From: Auanema rhodensis
Taxonomy: Eukaryota > Animalia > Nematoda
Direction of reading: 5' to 3'
Assembly (NCBI GenBank): GCA_964057225.1
Contig: OZ059898.1
Span: forward strand, 19,406,001 to 19,470,000
Length of the DNA stretch: 64,000 nucleotides
Position numbers and translations under genes: made by a program. The notes beneath the pieces are model-generated. The model was not told the DNA's origin and did no database searches. It saw only the letters and a list, made by a program, of their open reading frames with translations. Positions 45,001 to 56,054 of this stretch are shown here, piece after piece. Positions within the stretch are counted from its first letter, which is position 1. Each line of letters starts with the position of its first letter.

Positions 45001-47994
45001 CAATGTAGTATAGTGCATTTGATGCGGATTTTTAAGCTGCGTCGATCTGTGTTATCAGATTTGCGCTAGCTTAAAAATGCACCGAGATATCAACTGATAT
45101 AAGTTCACACTTATATCCTCGATTTTCACCCTGAAGAATTATTTTTTTCGTTGAATAACATTGTCCATCGTCTTTGCCTTGAAAAAAGGAATCTAAAAAC
45201 ATCTACTTTTTGCTAAATTATTCTGAAATTTTTCGAAAAAATTTTTGTCAAAATGTTTTTGGAAGCAATGTTGAGTGTACATGGAAACTCAACATACACT
45301 AATGCATCATTTTTCAAACGATCATAACTAATTTTTGTATTAAGCGTTTCTCAATGTAGTATAGTGCATTTGATGCGGATTTTTAAGCTGCGTCGATCTG
45401 TGTTATCAGATTTGCGCTAGCTTAAAAATGCACCGAGATATCAACTGATATAAGTTCACACTTATATCCTCGATTTTCACCCTGAAGAAATAATTTTTTC
45501 GTTGAATAACATTGTCCATCGTCTTTGCCTTGAAAAAAGGAATCTAAAAACATCTACTTTTTGCTAAATTATTCTGAAATTTTTCGAAAAAATTTTTGTC
45601 AAAATGTTTTTGGAAGCAATGTTGAGTGTACATGGAAACTCAACATACACTAATGCATCATTTTTCAAACGATCATAACTAATTTTTGTATTAAGCGTAT
45701 CTCAATGTAGTATAGTGCATTTGATGCGGATTTTTAAGCTGCGTCGATCTGTGTTATCAGATTTGCGCTAGCTTAAAAATGCACCGAGATATCAACTGAT
45801 ATAAGTTCACACTTATATCCTCGATTTTCACCCTGAAGAATTAATTTTTTCGTTGAATAACATTGTCCATCGTCTTTGCCTTGAAAAAAGGAATCTAAAA
45901 ACATCTACTTTTTGCTAAATTATTATGAAATTTTTCGAAAAAATTTTTGTCAAAATGTTTTTGGAAGCAATGTTGAGTGTACATGGAAACTCAACATACA
46001 CTAATGCATCATTTTTCAAACGATCATAACTAATTTTTGTATTAAGCGTTTCTCAATGTAGTATAGTGCATTTGATGCGGATTTTTAAGCTGCGTCGATC
46101 TGTGTTATCAGATTTGCGCTAGCTTAAAAATGCACCGAGATATCAACTGATATAAGTTCACACTTATATCCTCGATTTTCACCCTGAAGAAATAATTTTT
46201 CCGTTGAATAACATTGTCCATCGTCTTTGCCTTGAAAAAAGGAATCTAAAAACATCTACTTTTTGCTAAATTATTTTGAAATTTTTCGAAAAAATTTTTG
46301 TCAAAATGTTTTTGGAAGCAATGTTGAGTGTACATGGAAACTCAACATACACTAATGCATCATTTTTCAAACGATCATAACTAATTTTTGTATTAAGCGT
46401 TTCTCAATGTAGTATAGTGCATTTGATGCGGATTTTTAAGCTGCGTCGATCTGTGTTATCAGATTTGCGCTAGCTTAAAAATGCACCGAGATATCAACTG
46501 ATATAAGTTCACACTTATATCCTCGATTTTCACCCTGAAGAATTATTTTTTTCGTTGAATAACATTGTCCATCGTCTTTGCCTTGAAAAAAGGAATCTAA
46601 AAACATCTACTTTTTGCTAAATTATTCTGAAATTTTTCGAAAAAATTTTTGTCAAAATGTTTTTGGAAGCAATGTTGAGTGTACATGGAAACTCAACATA
46701 CACTAATGCATCATTTTTCAAACGATCATAACTAATTTTTGTATTAAGCGTTTCTCAATGTAGTATAGTGCATTTGATGCGGATTTTTAAGCTGCGTCGA
46801 TCTGTGTTATCAGATTTGCGCTAGCTTAAAAATGCACCGAGATATCAACTGATATAAGTTCACACTTATATCCTCGATTTTCACCCTGAAGAAATAATTT
46901 TTTCGTTGAATAACATTGTCCATCGTCTTTGCCTTGAAAAAAGGAATCTAAAAACATCTACTTTTTGCTAAATTATTCTGAAATTTTTCGAAAAAATTTT
47001 TGTCAAAATGTTTTTGGAAGCAATGTTGAGTGTACATGGAAACTCAACATACACTAATGCATCATTTTTCAAACGATCATAACTAATTTTTGTATTAAGC
47101 GTATCTCAATGTAGTATAGTGCATTTGATGCGGATTTTTAAGCTGCGTCGATCTGTGTTATCAGATTTGCGCTAGCTTAAAAATGCACCGAGATATCAAC
47201 TGATATAAGTTCACACTTATATCCTCGATTTTCACCCTGAAGAATTAATTTTTTCGTTGAATAACATTGTCCATCGTCTTTGCCTTGAAAAAAGGAATCT
47301 AAAAACATCTACTTTTTGCTAAATTATTATGAAATTTTTCGAAAAAATTTTTGTCAAAATGTTTTTGGAAGCAATGTTGAGTGTACATGGAAACTCAACA
47401 TACACTAATGCATCATTTTTCAAACGATCATAACTAATTTTTGTATTAAGCGTTTCTCAATGTAGTATAGTGCATTTGATGCGGATTTTTAAGCTGCGTC
47501 GATCTGTGTTATCAGATTTGCGCTAGCTTAAAAATGCACCGAGATATCAACTGATATAAGTACACACTTATATCCTCGATTTTCACCCAGAAGAAATAAT
47601 TTTTTCGTTGAATAACATTGTCCATCTTCTTTGCCTTGAAAAAAGGAATCTAAAAACATCTACTTTTTGCTAAATTATTTTGAAGTTTTTCGAAAAAATT
47701 TTTGTCAAAATGTTTTTGGAAGCAATGTTGAGTGTACATGGAAACTCAACATACACTAATGCATCATTTTTCAAACGATCATAACTAATTTTTGTATTAA
47801 GCGTTTCTCAATGTAGTATAGTGCATTTGATGCGGATTTTTAAGCTGCGTCGATCTGTGTTATCAGATTTGCGCTAGCTTAAAAATGCACCGAGATATCA
47901 ACTGATATAAGTACACACTTATATCCTCGATTTTCACCCAGAAGAAATAATTTTTTCGTTGAATAACATTGTCCATCTTCTTTGCCTTGAAAAA
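1..47994. repeat. Tandem satellite array, 351-bp monomer, ~137 copies, left block (runs off the window start)
   Basis: ACATGGAAACTCAACATAC recurs at 1, 352, 703 ... 7021 (=1+20x351). Monomers differ by only a few substitutions; rare 350- and 352-bp monomers arise from homopolymer indels. Confidence 0.99.
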
Positions 47995-49722
47995 CATCAC
48001 TGATATTTGCGATCCCGTGTCAATAAGAACTTTTTTATTTCTCATGCTGCAGATTAACATAGGTAGTAAACTCTGCTCACCAATCAATTTTGCATCATAG
48101 CTCTTGTTGCATGTTTTGATAGTTTTGTTCCATGCAACAGCTTGCTTATTCATAACAGGACCCATATTGTTCTGTTCTTGTTCAATTCTTTTAGAATTGT
48201 CTGATGGTCGTTTTCTTTCAGCACAATGTGTTGCTATATGACCACTTTTGTTACATATGTAACAAATAACTTCTTTTCTCTGTGGAAAATTACGAACCTT
48301 TTCAGTTACGTAACTGCCACGATTGGTCATGTGTTGACCACTAGCAGTATTATTCTGCTTCAAAAATCTCAGCCTGGGCAGGTTTACTTCAGGTATTCTG
48401 TCCTTTCTATGCTGATTGTAGTGAATGCGCTTATTTCTTTCACAACGTAAAGCGACCTCTTTCACCTTCTCATACACCTCCCCTTCTTCACTAGTCTCTA
48501 TTGTCTCAAGTACTTGTAATGCACAAGTACATTCTCTGAGTACCTCATACAAGACTTGAGCTCTTGTGAACGATAACTTTGACATAGACAATCCGGGGTA
48601 AGCCTTCCTAGAAGTTTCTTCTAGTTTCTTACAAAAGCTTATTAGATTGCTATTGTTGTCAAACTTCAAAGATTTAAGAGCAGCTATGGCATCTAACCTA
48701 CTTGCTCTCTTAGAATACTCATGTTGCTTACTCAGTTCCTCTATTATTTTGTCGAGCGAACTGTTTCTGATTATTTCAGGCAACTCATCATACCTATCTC
48801 TCGCCTCTCCTCTTAATTTTTCTACAAACAACGTTCTGCGGCCGCTTGCCGACAACGTGCTTTTTGGGTATTTCAGGTGAAACCCTTCTACAAAATGGTT
48901 CCATTTCTCGAATGACCCACTCGAAAAACTTGGAACATCAGGCAGCAATTGCGCTCGCATTATGTCCAAAAACGCTTCATTCTGCGCGCTGAGTCCATTA
49001 AAAGGCAAAGATGACTCACCCTTGGAGTCTAATCCCTCTTTTTTCTCCTGTTTCTGTTGAACATCCGTCAACCATTTCTGAGTTGTTCCTAACTCCTTCT
49101 GTCGATGCAACTGTAAAATATATTCAATTTCAGAATTTTCCTCTTCTATTTTACCTGCTGCTTTGTCATCAATCATCATATCCGCCATAGCTAATTGCGC
49201 TTGGCTCTCGATAGCTGCTGATCTCTGCAAATTAAAACTATTAAATATTTCATGCTTCAAAGATTTTTTATCACATTTGAAAAAATCGCATAAATCTTTC
49301 ATAGTACTATTAATGGCCCTCATCTCGTCCACTATCTCACTTTCATTGAGTTGGAAAATCTCACAAATGAATTTAGTTGTTTCCGCTCGTTTATCCGCTA
49401 ACCTCAGAGTATTACCCAACTCTGAAGGCTTTTTGAGCCCACTCTTGTTCATTACTGTAATAATGGACTGGATAAATCTCCAATTTTGCCCTTTTCGCAA
49501 TTCACTAGCTAAATTTTGCTTTATTGAGTTTATCAAATTAGCAACTTTCTGCTCTGCTCTCCTTTTCTCAGCAGAATTCCTGATTTTTTCCGTAAAATCT
49601 TTACGTAAACAATCATTCAACGGCTCTATAGCCGATAATATTTCAGAGATGAATGAATTCAACATTACCTCTTCAAATGCGCTCTCGAAGTCCATATCGA
49701 GCAATTCATTCACAAATGACAT
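47863..49722 (-). pseudogene. Truncated second gag-pol copy: full Gag plus the start of the protease, fused to 43 codons of satellite
   Basis: The track protein is identical to the long ORF for 599 residues up to DTGSQISVM. It then continues FFKAKKMDNV...LAQI*, read from the satellite minus strand (47994-47863). Confidence 0.9.
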
Positions 49723-50137
49723 TTCACCTATCAATGAAAAAAAATTACTAGAAGTTTCCTCTACTAATTTATTGCTATTTGAAAGAATCAAACAAGCACT
49801 TATATCAAGAAAATTGAATTTACTTGATATTAGTTACTACTACCCAAGTTCTGAATGTAGTTCACAGCGGAAGAAATCAGAAAAAGTGTTTAAAAGAAAA
49901 CACTTTAACCAAAAACAACCGTACAACAATATAGCAAGAGACACTGTTGTTACCAACACTGTCAAATGATAATTGTTCTGTAAACTTCACTTTTATTCGG
50001 CAAATACCAAACAAAATTGAATGAATACAAACAGAACCCTATTCAGGTAGCAGTGACTTTTTCACCAAACTCTATTCGAGCTTTCAAACAGGGTTATATG
50101 AGCAATTAGCTCAACCCAAACAATAAAATAGTGAAGA

Positions 50138-50152
50138 CCGGTTCGGCCCCCA
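50138..50152 (-). promoter_or_regulatory. Second copy of the tRNA-Pro PBS
   Basis: Identical TGGGGGCCGAACCGG directly after the shared LTR. Confidence 0.85.
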
Positions 50153-50531
50153 AATCAAAGAACGAAAAATAAAAATAAAAAGATTTATTTAAAAAAACAA
50201 AAAAAAATACAAAAAAATTCAAGAGAAAATTCCAAACTGAAAAAAATATAAAAAAATTCCTTATCACAATAATTTTAGGACAAAAAACAACTAAATATTG
50301 TTTTAATCAGATTACGGTAGTTGATTATCAACAGTTCACTGTTTACCAACAATCTCTAAATGGAGCGCGATTACTATGGATTGTTTTATCAATGGGTCAT
50401 TTTATTCAAATTATTCATTTTATTTAATTTTTTCATGAATAATTGTTATCTTAATATTTTATATAAATTATATTATATATTTATCTTCATTTATACTATT
50501 CCTTTTAGTATCTATAGCCATATTCTTGACA
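50153..50531 (-). repeat. Shared LTR: 3' LTR of the full unit and 5' LTR of the truncated unit
   Basis: Matches 56485-56863 except for one difference I noticed (T50176 vs G56508). It is preceded by a PPT and followed by a PBS on the minus strand. Confidence 0.85.
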
Positions 50532-50544
50532 TCCCCGGCCTCTC
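50532..50544 (-). promoter_or_regulatory. Polypurine tract (plus-strand primer)
   Basis: Minus strand GAGAGGCCGGGGA abuts the TG of the LTR, about 130 bp after the pol stop codon. Confidence 0.8.
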
Positions 50545-50547
50545 AAA

Positions 50548-50564
50548 TTTCTCGTCCCGAGAAA
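50548..50564 (-). promoter_or_regulatory. Stem-loop just upstream of the PPT
   Basis: TTTCTCG-GGA-CGAGAAA, a perfect 7-bp stem. A similar CTCG(G/A)GGACG motif is common before Gypsy PPTs. Confidence 0.6.
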
Positions 50565-50672
50565 AAATTCTTCTTATTACTATTTATTCAATAGTTTAAC
50601 AGTTTCTTTAAAAACAACAATTAAAATAAACATTTACAACATACATGAGAAAATTCAAATTTCAACAAGAAA

Positions 50673-53600
50673 TTAGTTATGGTGCTGTTTTTTAAACTGT
50701 TGTTGAGGCTTATGGGTTTTGTGCAAATTCGCAGAATTCTTCTTATAAGAGAATTTCTCATATGGCTTTATATTTGTCGCTGGCTTTTGTTTCCGCCTTT
50801 CAATTCTATTTAGCATAGATGCGACACCCACAGATAGCAATTTTTTTTGTAGCATTGCAAAAAAACTTTTTACATGCTCAAACAAAATACGATCAGAAGA
50901 TTTCTGATATGGTAACGGCCCACCGGCAAACCAGTAATTAGTAACAAGCGCAAGATCGTCTCCTCGACACCCTATGTACTGGACCCACAATTTATTATTA
51001 AGAGTAGCGCTCTCAGCTGCGAACATTTCATGGACCTTCTGCCACGTTCTCATACTTTCAAAAAATTTATTATCGTCATATCTTGCGATAGGACTTATTA
51101 ACAAAATCTGGGATTCTAGTGCACATCCTAATCTCCCCAACTGTTTTGTTATCTTACTAATCTCATCTTCTTCACAAATCACAGGCACTACAACCAATAC
51201 ATACCTAACATTATTATAATTCAACAACTTAGGGATGACTTCTCCAGTCAAATTTTCATAGACTATACAGTCACCAAATGGAAAGTATAAGTCATTTACC
51301 GCGTTCATTCTTTTCGGTACAAAAAGCACATCTTTTTTAGAAGGTTTTACAACACGGGCTATTTTTTCAGCAGCCAACAAAAAAGCTTTGGAAATGTCAT
51401 CTGCTGACATATTAAATTCAACGTTATTTGAACAAGAGATATGAAAATTCTCGATCACCGAGAAATTGACTTTTGCATGTAAACAAAATTTTTTCTGAAT
51501 TAAGATCGCTTCAGCCATGCTTTCCGCATCCGGATGTACGTTCATCCTATTGATAAAATTAATCTTTTCGGATATCCAAATTCTTGGATCTTTCATGATG
51601 CATAAAAACTGCGCTAGACGAAACGTGTTCTTTACTCTGATTCCTCTCAATAATGTTGGACATCTGTTATCCAATATATCGCCATACGTAACAGCATATG
51701 CACCTAACCATTTACTGAAGTGATCTATTATAGCAACAACATAACGATTGTTTGATGTTGTTCGACCCAGATCCATCACATCAATCCCAACCAATTCGAA
51801 TGGTTTTTCCGTTCTATAAGGCTGTAATAGTGGAACTGGACTCGTTCGACTATTTGCTAAAAAACACTTTTTGCACTCACTATGCCATTTCCGTACATCT
51901 GAATCCAGACCGTCCCAAAAAAATTGTCTCTTTAGAGAACGTATATTTTTTTTCGGTCGAAAATGAGCTCCAAATAATCCTTCATGAGCTTCTTTATATA
52001 TGTCATATCTTTTTGACGGAGGAATGACTAATAATTTCTCACCCTTCTCGTTGATATAATACAAGTTTTCTTTTGAAATTAGAAAATCACCGACAAATAG
52101 TTTATGTGCCAGTTTTGGCAGAAAAATTCTCTCTGTGAGTTTTTCATCACTTCTGAGATTGATAATATTTTTGTAATTTTCATCCATCATCAATTCAGCT
52201 ATATTATCTCTCATTTGTAACGAACAAATATATTTTATATCTGAGTCACTTTCAAGATCAAAATTATCTTGGACTGGAACACCTCGCGATAATGCATCCG
52301 CTATAACATTTCCTTTTCCTTTGACGTACTCAATAGTTATTCTGTATCGCTGTACAATCAGGCTCCATCTCAACATTCTCCCACTTGCTGTCTTCTTGAA
52401 CAGACATGTCAATGGTTGATGATCAGTTTTCACAACTGTTTTTTCAGTATTATAAATGTAATATTGAAACTTCTCTAGCGCAAATACAATAGCCAGAGCT
52501 TCTAAATCTGTTACATGATAATTTTTTTCCGCTTTTGACAAACCTTTAGAAACGAAGGCAATCGGGTGTAAAAAATTATCTTTTGCTTTTTGACATAACA
52601 CCGCTCCTACACCAGATGCACACGCATCAGTGTATATAATATATGGGTTTTTACCGCTATTTGCACCTTCCCAGTCAGGCTGTATTAGTACAGGAGCTTG
52701 AGTAAGCTTTTTCTTTAGAACTTCAAAAGCCTCTTTTCTCTCTCGGGTCCATTCCCATTTACTTTTTTCACTTGTCATTTCGTGCATTGGTTTAGCAATA
52801 GCAGCGAAATTTAGCACAAATTTTCTGTAATACGACGCCATTCCCAAGAATGTTCTTAATTCAGCAATCGTATTTGGTAAGGGATATTTTAAAATTGCCT
52901 CAATTTTATTCGGATCGGCGTGAATACCTTTTCCGTTTACTTTGTGGCCCAAATAATCCACTTCGTTTTGTAAAAGTTTACACTTAACCGCTTTCAACGA
53001 TAAATTTGCTTGTTTCAGCGCTTCAAAAACATTCTTCATAACTTCAAAATGTCTTTCGAAAGTATCTGTTGCAATCATTATATCGTCTATATAAACAAAA
53101 ACTTCATTACTTTTGAGTAAATCTCCCAGAGCTTTGTCCATCATTCTTTGGAATGTTGGTGGACTAGTTGCTAAGCCAAAAGGACATACTACAAATTGAA
53201 AAGATCCTTCGCTGGTCACGAAAGATGTTTTTTCTTTATCTTCTTCGGAAAGTTTTATTTGCCAAAACCCCGACGATAGATCAAATGTGGAAAATATTTT
53301 CTTCCCGTTCATCGATCTAAGAATGATATCTATCTTTGGTATTGGATAAGCATCTAGTTTCAGGACCTTATTCAATTCTCTATAATCTATACAGAGTCTG
53401 ATAGATTTGTCTTTTTTCTCTACTAAGACTACAGGGCTTGCCCATGCGCTTTGGCTAGGTTCTATAACCCCTCTTTGTAATAGGTCTTTTATAATACCTC
53501 TAAACTCATTTTTTATACCAAACGGCACTGGTCGTACTTTTTGACTAATAGGACTCGCATCTCCCGTATCAATATTCATAGTGACAATATTTGTTTGTTG

Positions 53601-56054
53601 CAGATCAGCATCAACCAACGCAAATATCGATGAATATTCTTCTAAAAGGTCCTTGACCTTTGGATCAAAGGTTACACCACTTTTCTCTTCTAAGACAGCA
53701 ATGACTTTTTCTGCTCTTCCAACCGGATCTGTTGGTTTAGCGTATTGATCTAACATACGCATCTCTAACACATCAATTGATTCGGTTTTCAATTCGTCAT
53801 TCAGTGCAGTCAGCTTTTCAGTCCAATTCTCGGACTCCCATTTACCGACAATCTCTCCTTTCTTTATCGTGGTTGGCTGGCATGTCATGTTAGCCACAAT
53901 CACTGTAGTGGAACTATTGGTGTCCACTTTACATATTCCCGTGAGTATATCACTCCTATGGGATACCAGTAAGCTATCTTTCTGCTCGTCACATGAGATT
54001 TGTAACGTTCTACTTTTATTCGCAGGTATATAAACTCTCTGTAAGGCTATGGCCTCCTTTCTATAAAACTTCAAAGATATGCCCAAATCTTTCAGGGCAT
54101 TCGTACCAATAAGTATAGAATCTTCTCTACTTTTTCTCACCAAAAAACATACTTGTGCAGTTTTTTTACTTTCTGAGCAATAAACTTCACAGCTTATTGC
54201 TCCAACAAAATTCATTCGCGTACCCGAGGCATTTGCTATGAACTTATCTCCATTCCAAGGAAGTTGAGTTACTGTTCTATCTAAGTCAACCCCTTCATTC
54301 ATCAAATTAACTAGAGCTTGTGACGACATCACTGATATTTGCGATCCCGTGTCAATAAGAACTTTTTTATTTCTCATGCTGCAGATTAACATAGGTAGTA
54401 AACTCTGCTCACCAATCAATTTTGCATCATAGCTCTTGTTGCATGTTTTGATAGTTTTGTTCCATGCAACAGCTTGCTTATTCATAACAGGACCCATATT
54501 GTTCTGTTCTTGTTCAATTCTTTTAGAATTGTCTGATGGTCGTTTTCTTTCAGCACAATGTGTTGCTATATGACCACTTTTGTTACATATGTAACAAATA
54601 ACTTCTTTTCTCTGTGGAAAATTACGAACCTTTTCAGTTACGTAACTGCCACGATTGGTCATGTGTTGACCACTAGCAGTATTATTCTGCTTCAAAAATC
54701 TCAGCCTGGGCAGGTTTACTTCAGGTATTCTGTCCTTTCTATGCTGATTGTAGTGAATGCGCTTATTTCTTTCACAACGTAAAGCGACCTCTTTCACCTT
54801 CTCATACACCTCCCCTTCTTCACTAGTCTCTATTGTCTCAAGTACTTGTAATGCACAAGTACATTCTCTGAGTACCTCATACAAGACTTGAGCTCTTGTG
54901 AACGATAACTTTGACATAGACAATCCGGGGTAAGCCTTCCTAGAAGTTTCTTCTAGTTTCTTACAAAAGCTTATTAGATTGCTATTGTTGTCAAACTTCA
55001 AAGATTTAAGAGCAGCTATGGCATCTAACCTACTTGCTCTCTTAGAATACTCATGTTGCTTACTCAGTTCCTCTATTATTTTGTCGAGCGAACTGTTTCT
55101 GATTATTTCAGGCAACTCATCATACCTATCTCTCGCCTCTCCTCTTAATTTTTCTACAAACAACGTTCTGCGGCCGCTTGCCGACAACGTGCTTTTTGGG
55201 TATTTCAGGTGAAACCCTTCTACAAAATGGTTCCATTTCTCGAATGACCCACTCGAAAAACTTGGAACATCAGGCAGCAATTGCGCTCGCATTATGTCCA
55301 AAAACGCTTCATTCTGCGCGCTGAGTCCATTAAAAGGCAAAGATGACTCACCCTTGGAGTCTAATCCCTCTTTTTTCTCCTGTTTCTGTTGAACATCCGT
55401 CAACCATTTCTGAGTTGTTCCTAACTCCTTCTGTCGATGCAACTGTAAAATATATTCAATTTCAGAATTTTCCTCTTCTATTTTACCTGCTGCTTTGTCA
55501 TCAATCATCATATCCGCCATAGCTAATTGCGCTTGGCTCTCGATAGCTGCTGATCTCTGCAAATTAAAACTATTAAATATTTCATGCTTCAAAGATTTTT
55601 TATCACATTTGAAAAAATCGCATAAATCTTTCATAGTACTATTAATGGCCCTCATCTCGTCCACTATCTCACTTTCATTGAGTTGGAAAATCTCACAAAT
55701 GAATTTAGTTGTTTCCGCTCGTTTATCCGCTAACCTCAGAGTATTACCCAACTCTGAAGGCTTTTTGAGCCCACTCTTGTTCATTACTGTAATAATGGAC
55801 TGGATAAATCTCCAATTTTGCCCTTTTCGCAATTCACTAGCTAAATTTTGCTTTATTGAGTTTATCAAATTAGCAACTTTCTGCTCTGCTCTCCTTTTCT
55901 CAGCAGAATTCCTGATTTTTTCCGTAAAATCTTTACGTAAACAATCATTCAACGGCTCTATAGCCGATAATATTTCAGAGATGAATGAATTCAACATTAC
56001 CTCTTCAAATGCGCTCTCGAAGTCCATATCGAGCAATTCATTCACAAATGACAT
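50673..56054 (-). CDS. gag-pol: Gag-Pol polyprotein (single ORF, ~1793 aa from the first ATG): Gag with zinc knuckle, aspartic protease, RT, RNase H, incomplete integrase, unknown C-terminal domain
   Basis: CYICNKSGHIATHC (54555-54596); LIDTGSQ (D at 54351-54353); RLCIDYRELN, DLSSGFWQI and YIDD (53082-53093); RNase H TDAC/DLEALA/TDHQPL/ADALSR (~52290-52630); IN HHCC (51864-51986) and PFELVGID. The track start at 56123 is a TTG; the first in-frame ATG is at 56054. Confidence 0.95.
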   Translation of the reverse strand: MSFVNELLDMDFESAFEEVMLNSFISEILSAIEPLNDCLRKDFTEKIRNSAEKRRAEQKVANLINSIKQNLASELRKGQNWRFIQSIITVMNKSGLKKPSELGNTLRLADKRAETTKFICEIFQLNESEIVDEMRAINSTMKDLCDFFKCDKKSLKHEIFNSFNLQRSAAIESQAQLAMADMMIDDKAAGKIEEENSEIEYILQLHRQKELGTTQKWLTDVQQKQEKKEGLDSKGESSLPFNGLSAQNEAFLDIMRAQLLPDVPSFSSGSFEKWNHFVEGFHLKYPKSTLSASGRRTLFVEKLRGEARDRYDELPEIIRNSSLDKIIEELSKQHEYSKRASRLDAIAALKSLKFDNNSNLISFCKKLEETSRKAYPGLSMSKLSFTRAQVLYEVLRECTCALQVLETIETSEEGEVYEKVKEVALRCERNKRIHYNQHRKDRIPEVNLPRLRFLKQNNTASGQHMTNRGSYVTEKVRNFPQRKEVICYICNKSGHIATHCAERKRPSDNSKRIEQEQNNMGPVMNKQAVAWNKTIKTCNKSYDAKLIGEQSLLPMLICSMRNKKVLIDTGSQISVMSSQALVNLMNEGVDLDRTVTQLPWNGDKFIANASGTRMNFVGAISCEVYCSESKKTAQVCFLVRKSREDSILIGTNALKDLGISLKFYRKEAIALQRVYIPANKSRTLQISCDEQKDSLLVSHRSDILTGICKVDTNSSTTVIVANMTCQPTTIKKGEIVGKWESENWTEKLTALNDELKTESIDVLEMRMLDQYAKPTDPVGRAEKVIAVLEEKSGVTFDPKVKDLLEEYSSIFALVDADLQQTNIVTMNIDTGDASPISQKVRPVPFGIKNEFRGIIKDLLQRGVIEPSQSAWASPVVLVEKKDKSIRLCIDYRELNKVLKLDAYPIPKIDIILRSMNGKKIFSTFDLSSGFWQIKLSEEDKEKTSFVTSEGSFQFVVCPFGLATSPPTFQRMMDKALGDLLKSNEVFVYIDDIMIATDTFERHFEVMKNVFEALKQANLSLKAVKCKLLQNEVDYLGHKVNGKGIHADPNKIEAILKYPLPNTIAELRTFLGMASYYRKFVLNFAAIAKPMHEMTSEKSKWEWTRERKEAFEVLKKKLTQAPVLIQPDWEGANSGKNPYIIYTDACASGVGAVLCQKAKDNFLHPIAFVSKGLSKAEKNYHVTDLEALAIVFALEKFQYYIYNTEKTVVKTDHQPLTCLFKKTASGRMLRWSLIVQRYRITIEYVKGKGNVIADALSRGVPVQDNFDLESDSDIKYICSLQMRDNIAELMMDENYKNIINLRSDEKLTERIFLPKLAHKLFVGDFLISKENLYYINEKGEKLLVIPPSKRYDIYKEAHEGLFGAHFRPKKNIRSLKRQFFWDGLDSDVRKWHSECKKCFLANSRTSPVPLLQPYRTEKPFELVGIDVMDLGRTTSNNRYVVAIIDHFSKWLGAYAVTYGDILDNRCPTLLRGIRVKNTFRLAQFLCIMKDPRIWISEKINFINRMNVHPDAESMAEAILIQKKFCLHAKVNFSVIENFHISCSNNVEFNMSADDISKAFLLAAEKIARVVKPSKKDVLFVPKRMNAVNDLYFPFGDCIVYENLTGEVIPKLLNYNNVRYVLVVVPVICEEDEISKITKQLGRLGCALESQILLISPIARYDDNKFFESMRTWQKVHEMFAAESATLNNKLWVQYIGCRGDDLALVTNYWFAGGPLPYQKSSDRILFEHVKSFFAMLQKKLLSVGVASMLNRIERRKQKPATNIKPYEKFSYKKNSANLHKTHKPQQQFKKQHHN

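Larger units (their letters stand above)
47994..50531. repeat. 2538-bp direct duplicate of 54326-56863
   Basis: All ORF-track entries and both ends show a constant 6332-bp offset. Confidence 0.97.

Noticed and set aside
1-47994. CRISPR-like array suggested by regularly spaced palindromes
   Set aside because: There are no unique spacers; the whole 351-bp unit repeats, there are no cas genes, and the context is eukaryotic.
50360-50599. 79-aa ORF, and the 95-aa ORF at 56692-56979, in the LTRs
   Set aside because: Low-complexity AT-rich translations that cross LTR boundaries into unrelated flanks.
50673-51689. env gene or chromodomain
   Set aside because: It is not a separate ORF, and I see no signal peptide, transmembrane anchor or chromodomain pattern.
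48226-55212. Short plus-strand ORFs of 68-91 aa
   Set aside because: Antisense shadows of gag-pol with no independent evidence.
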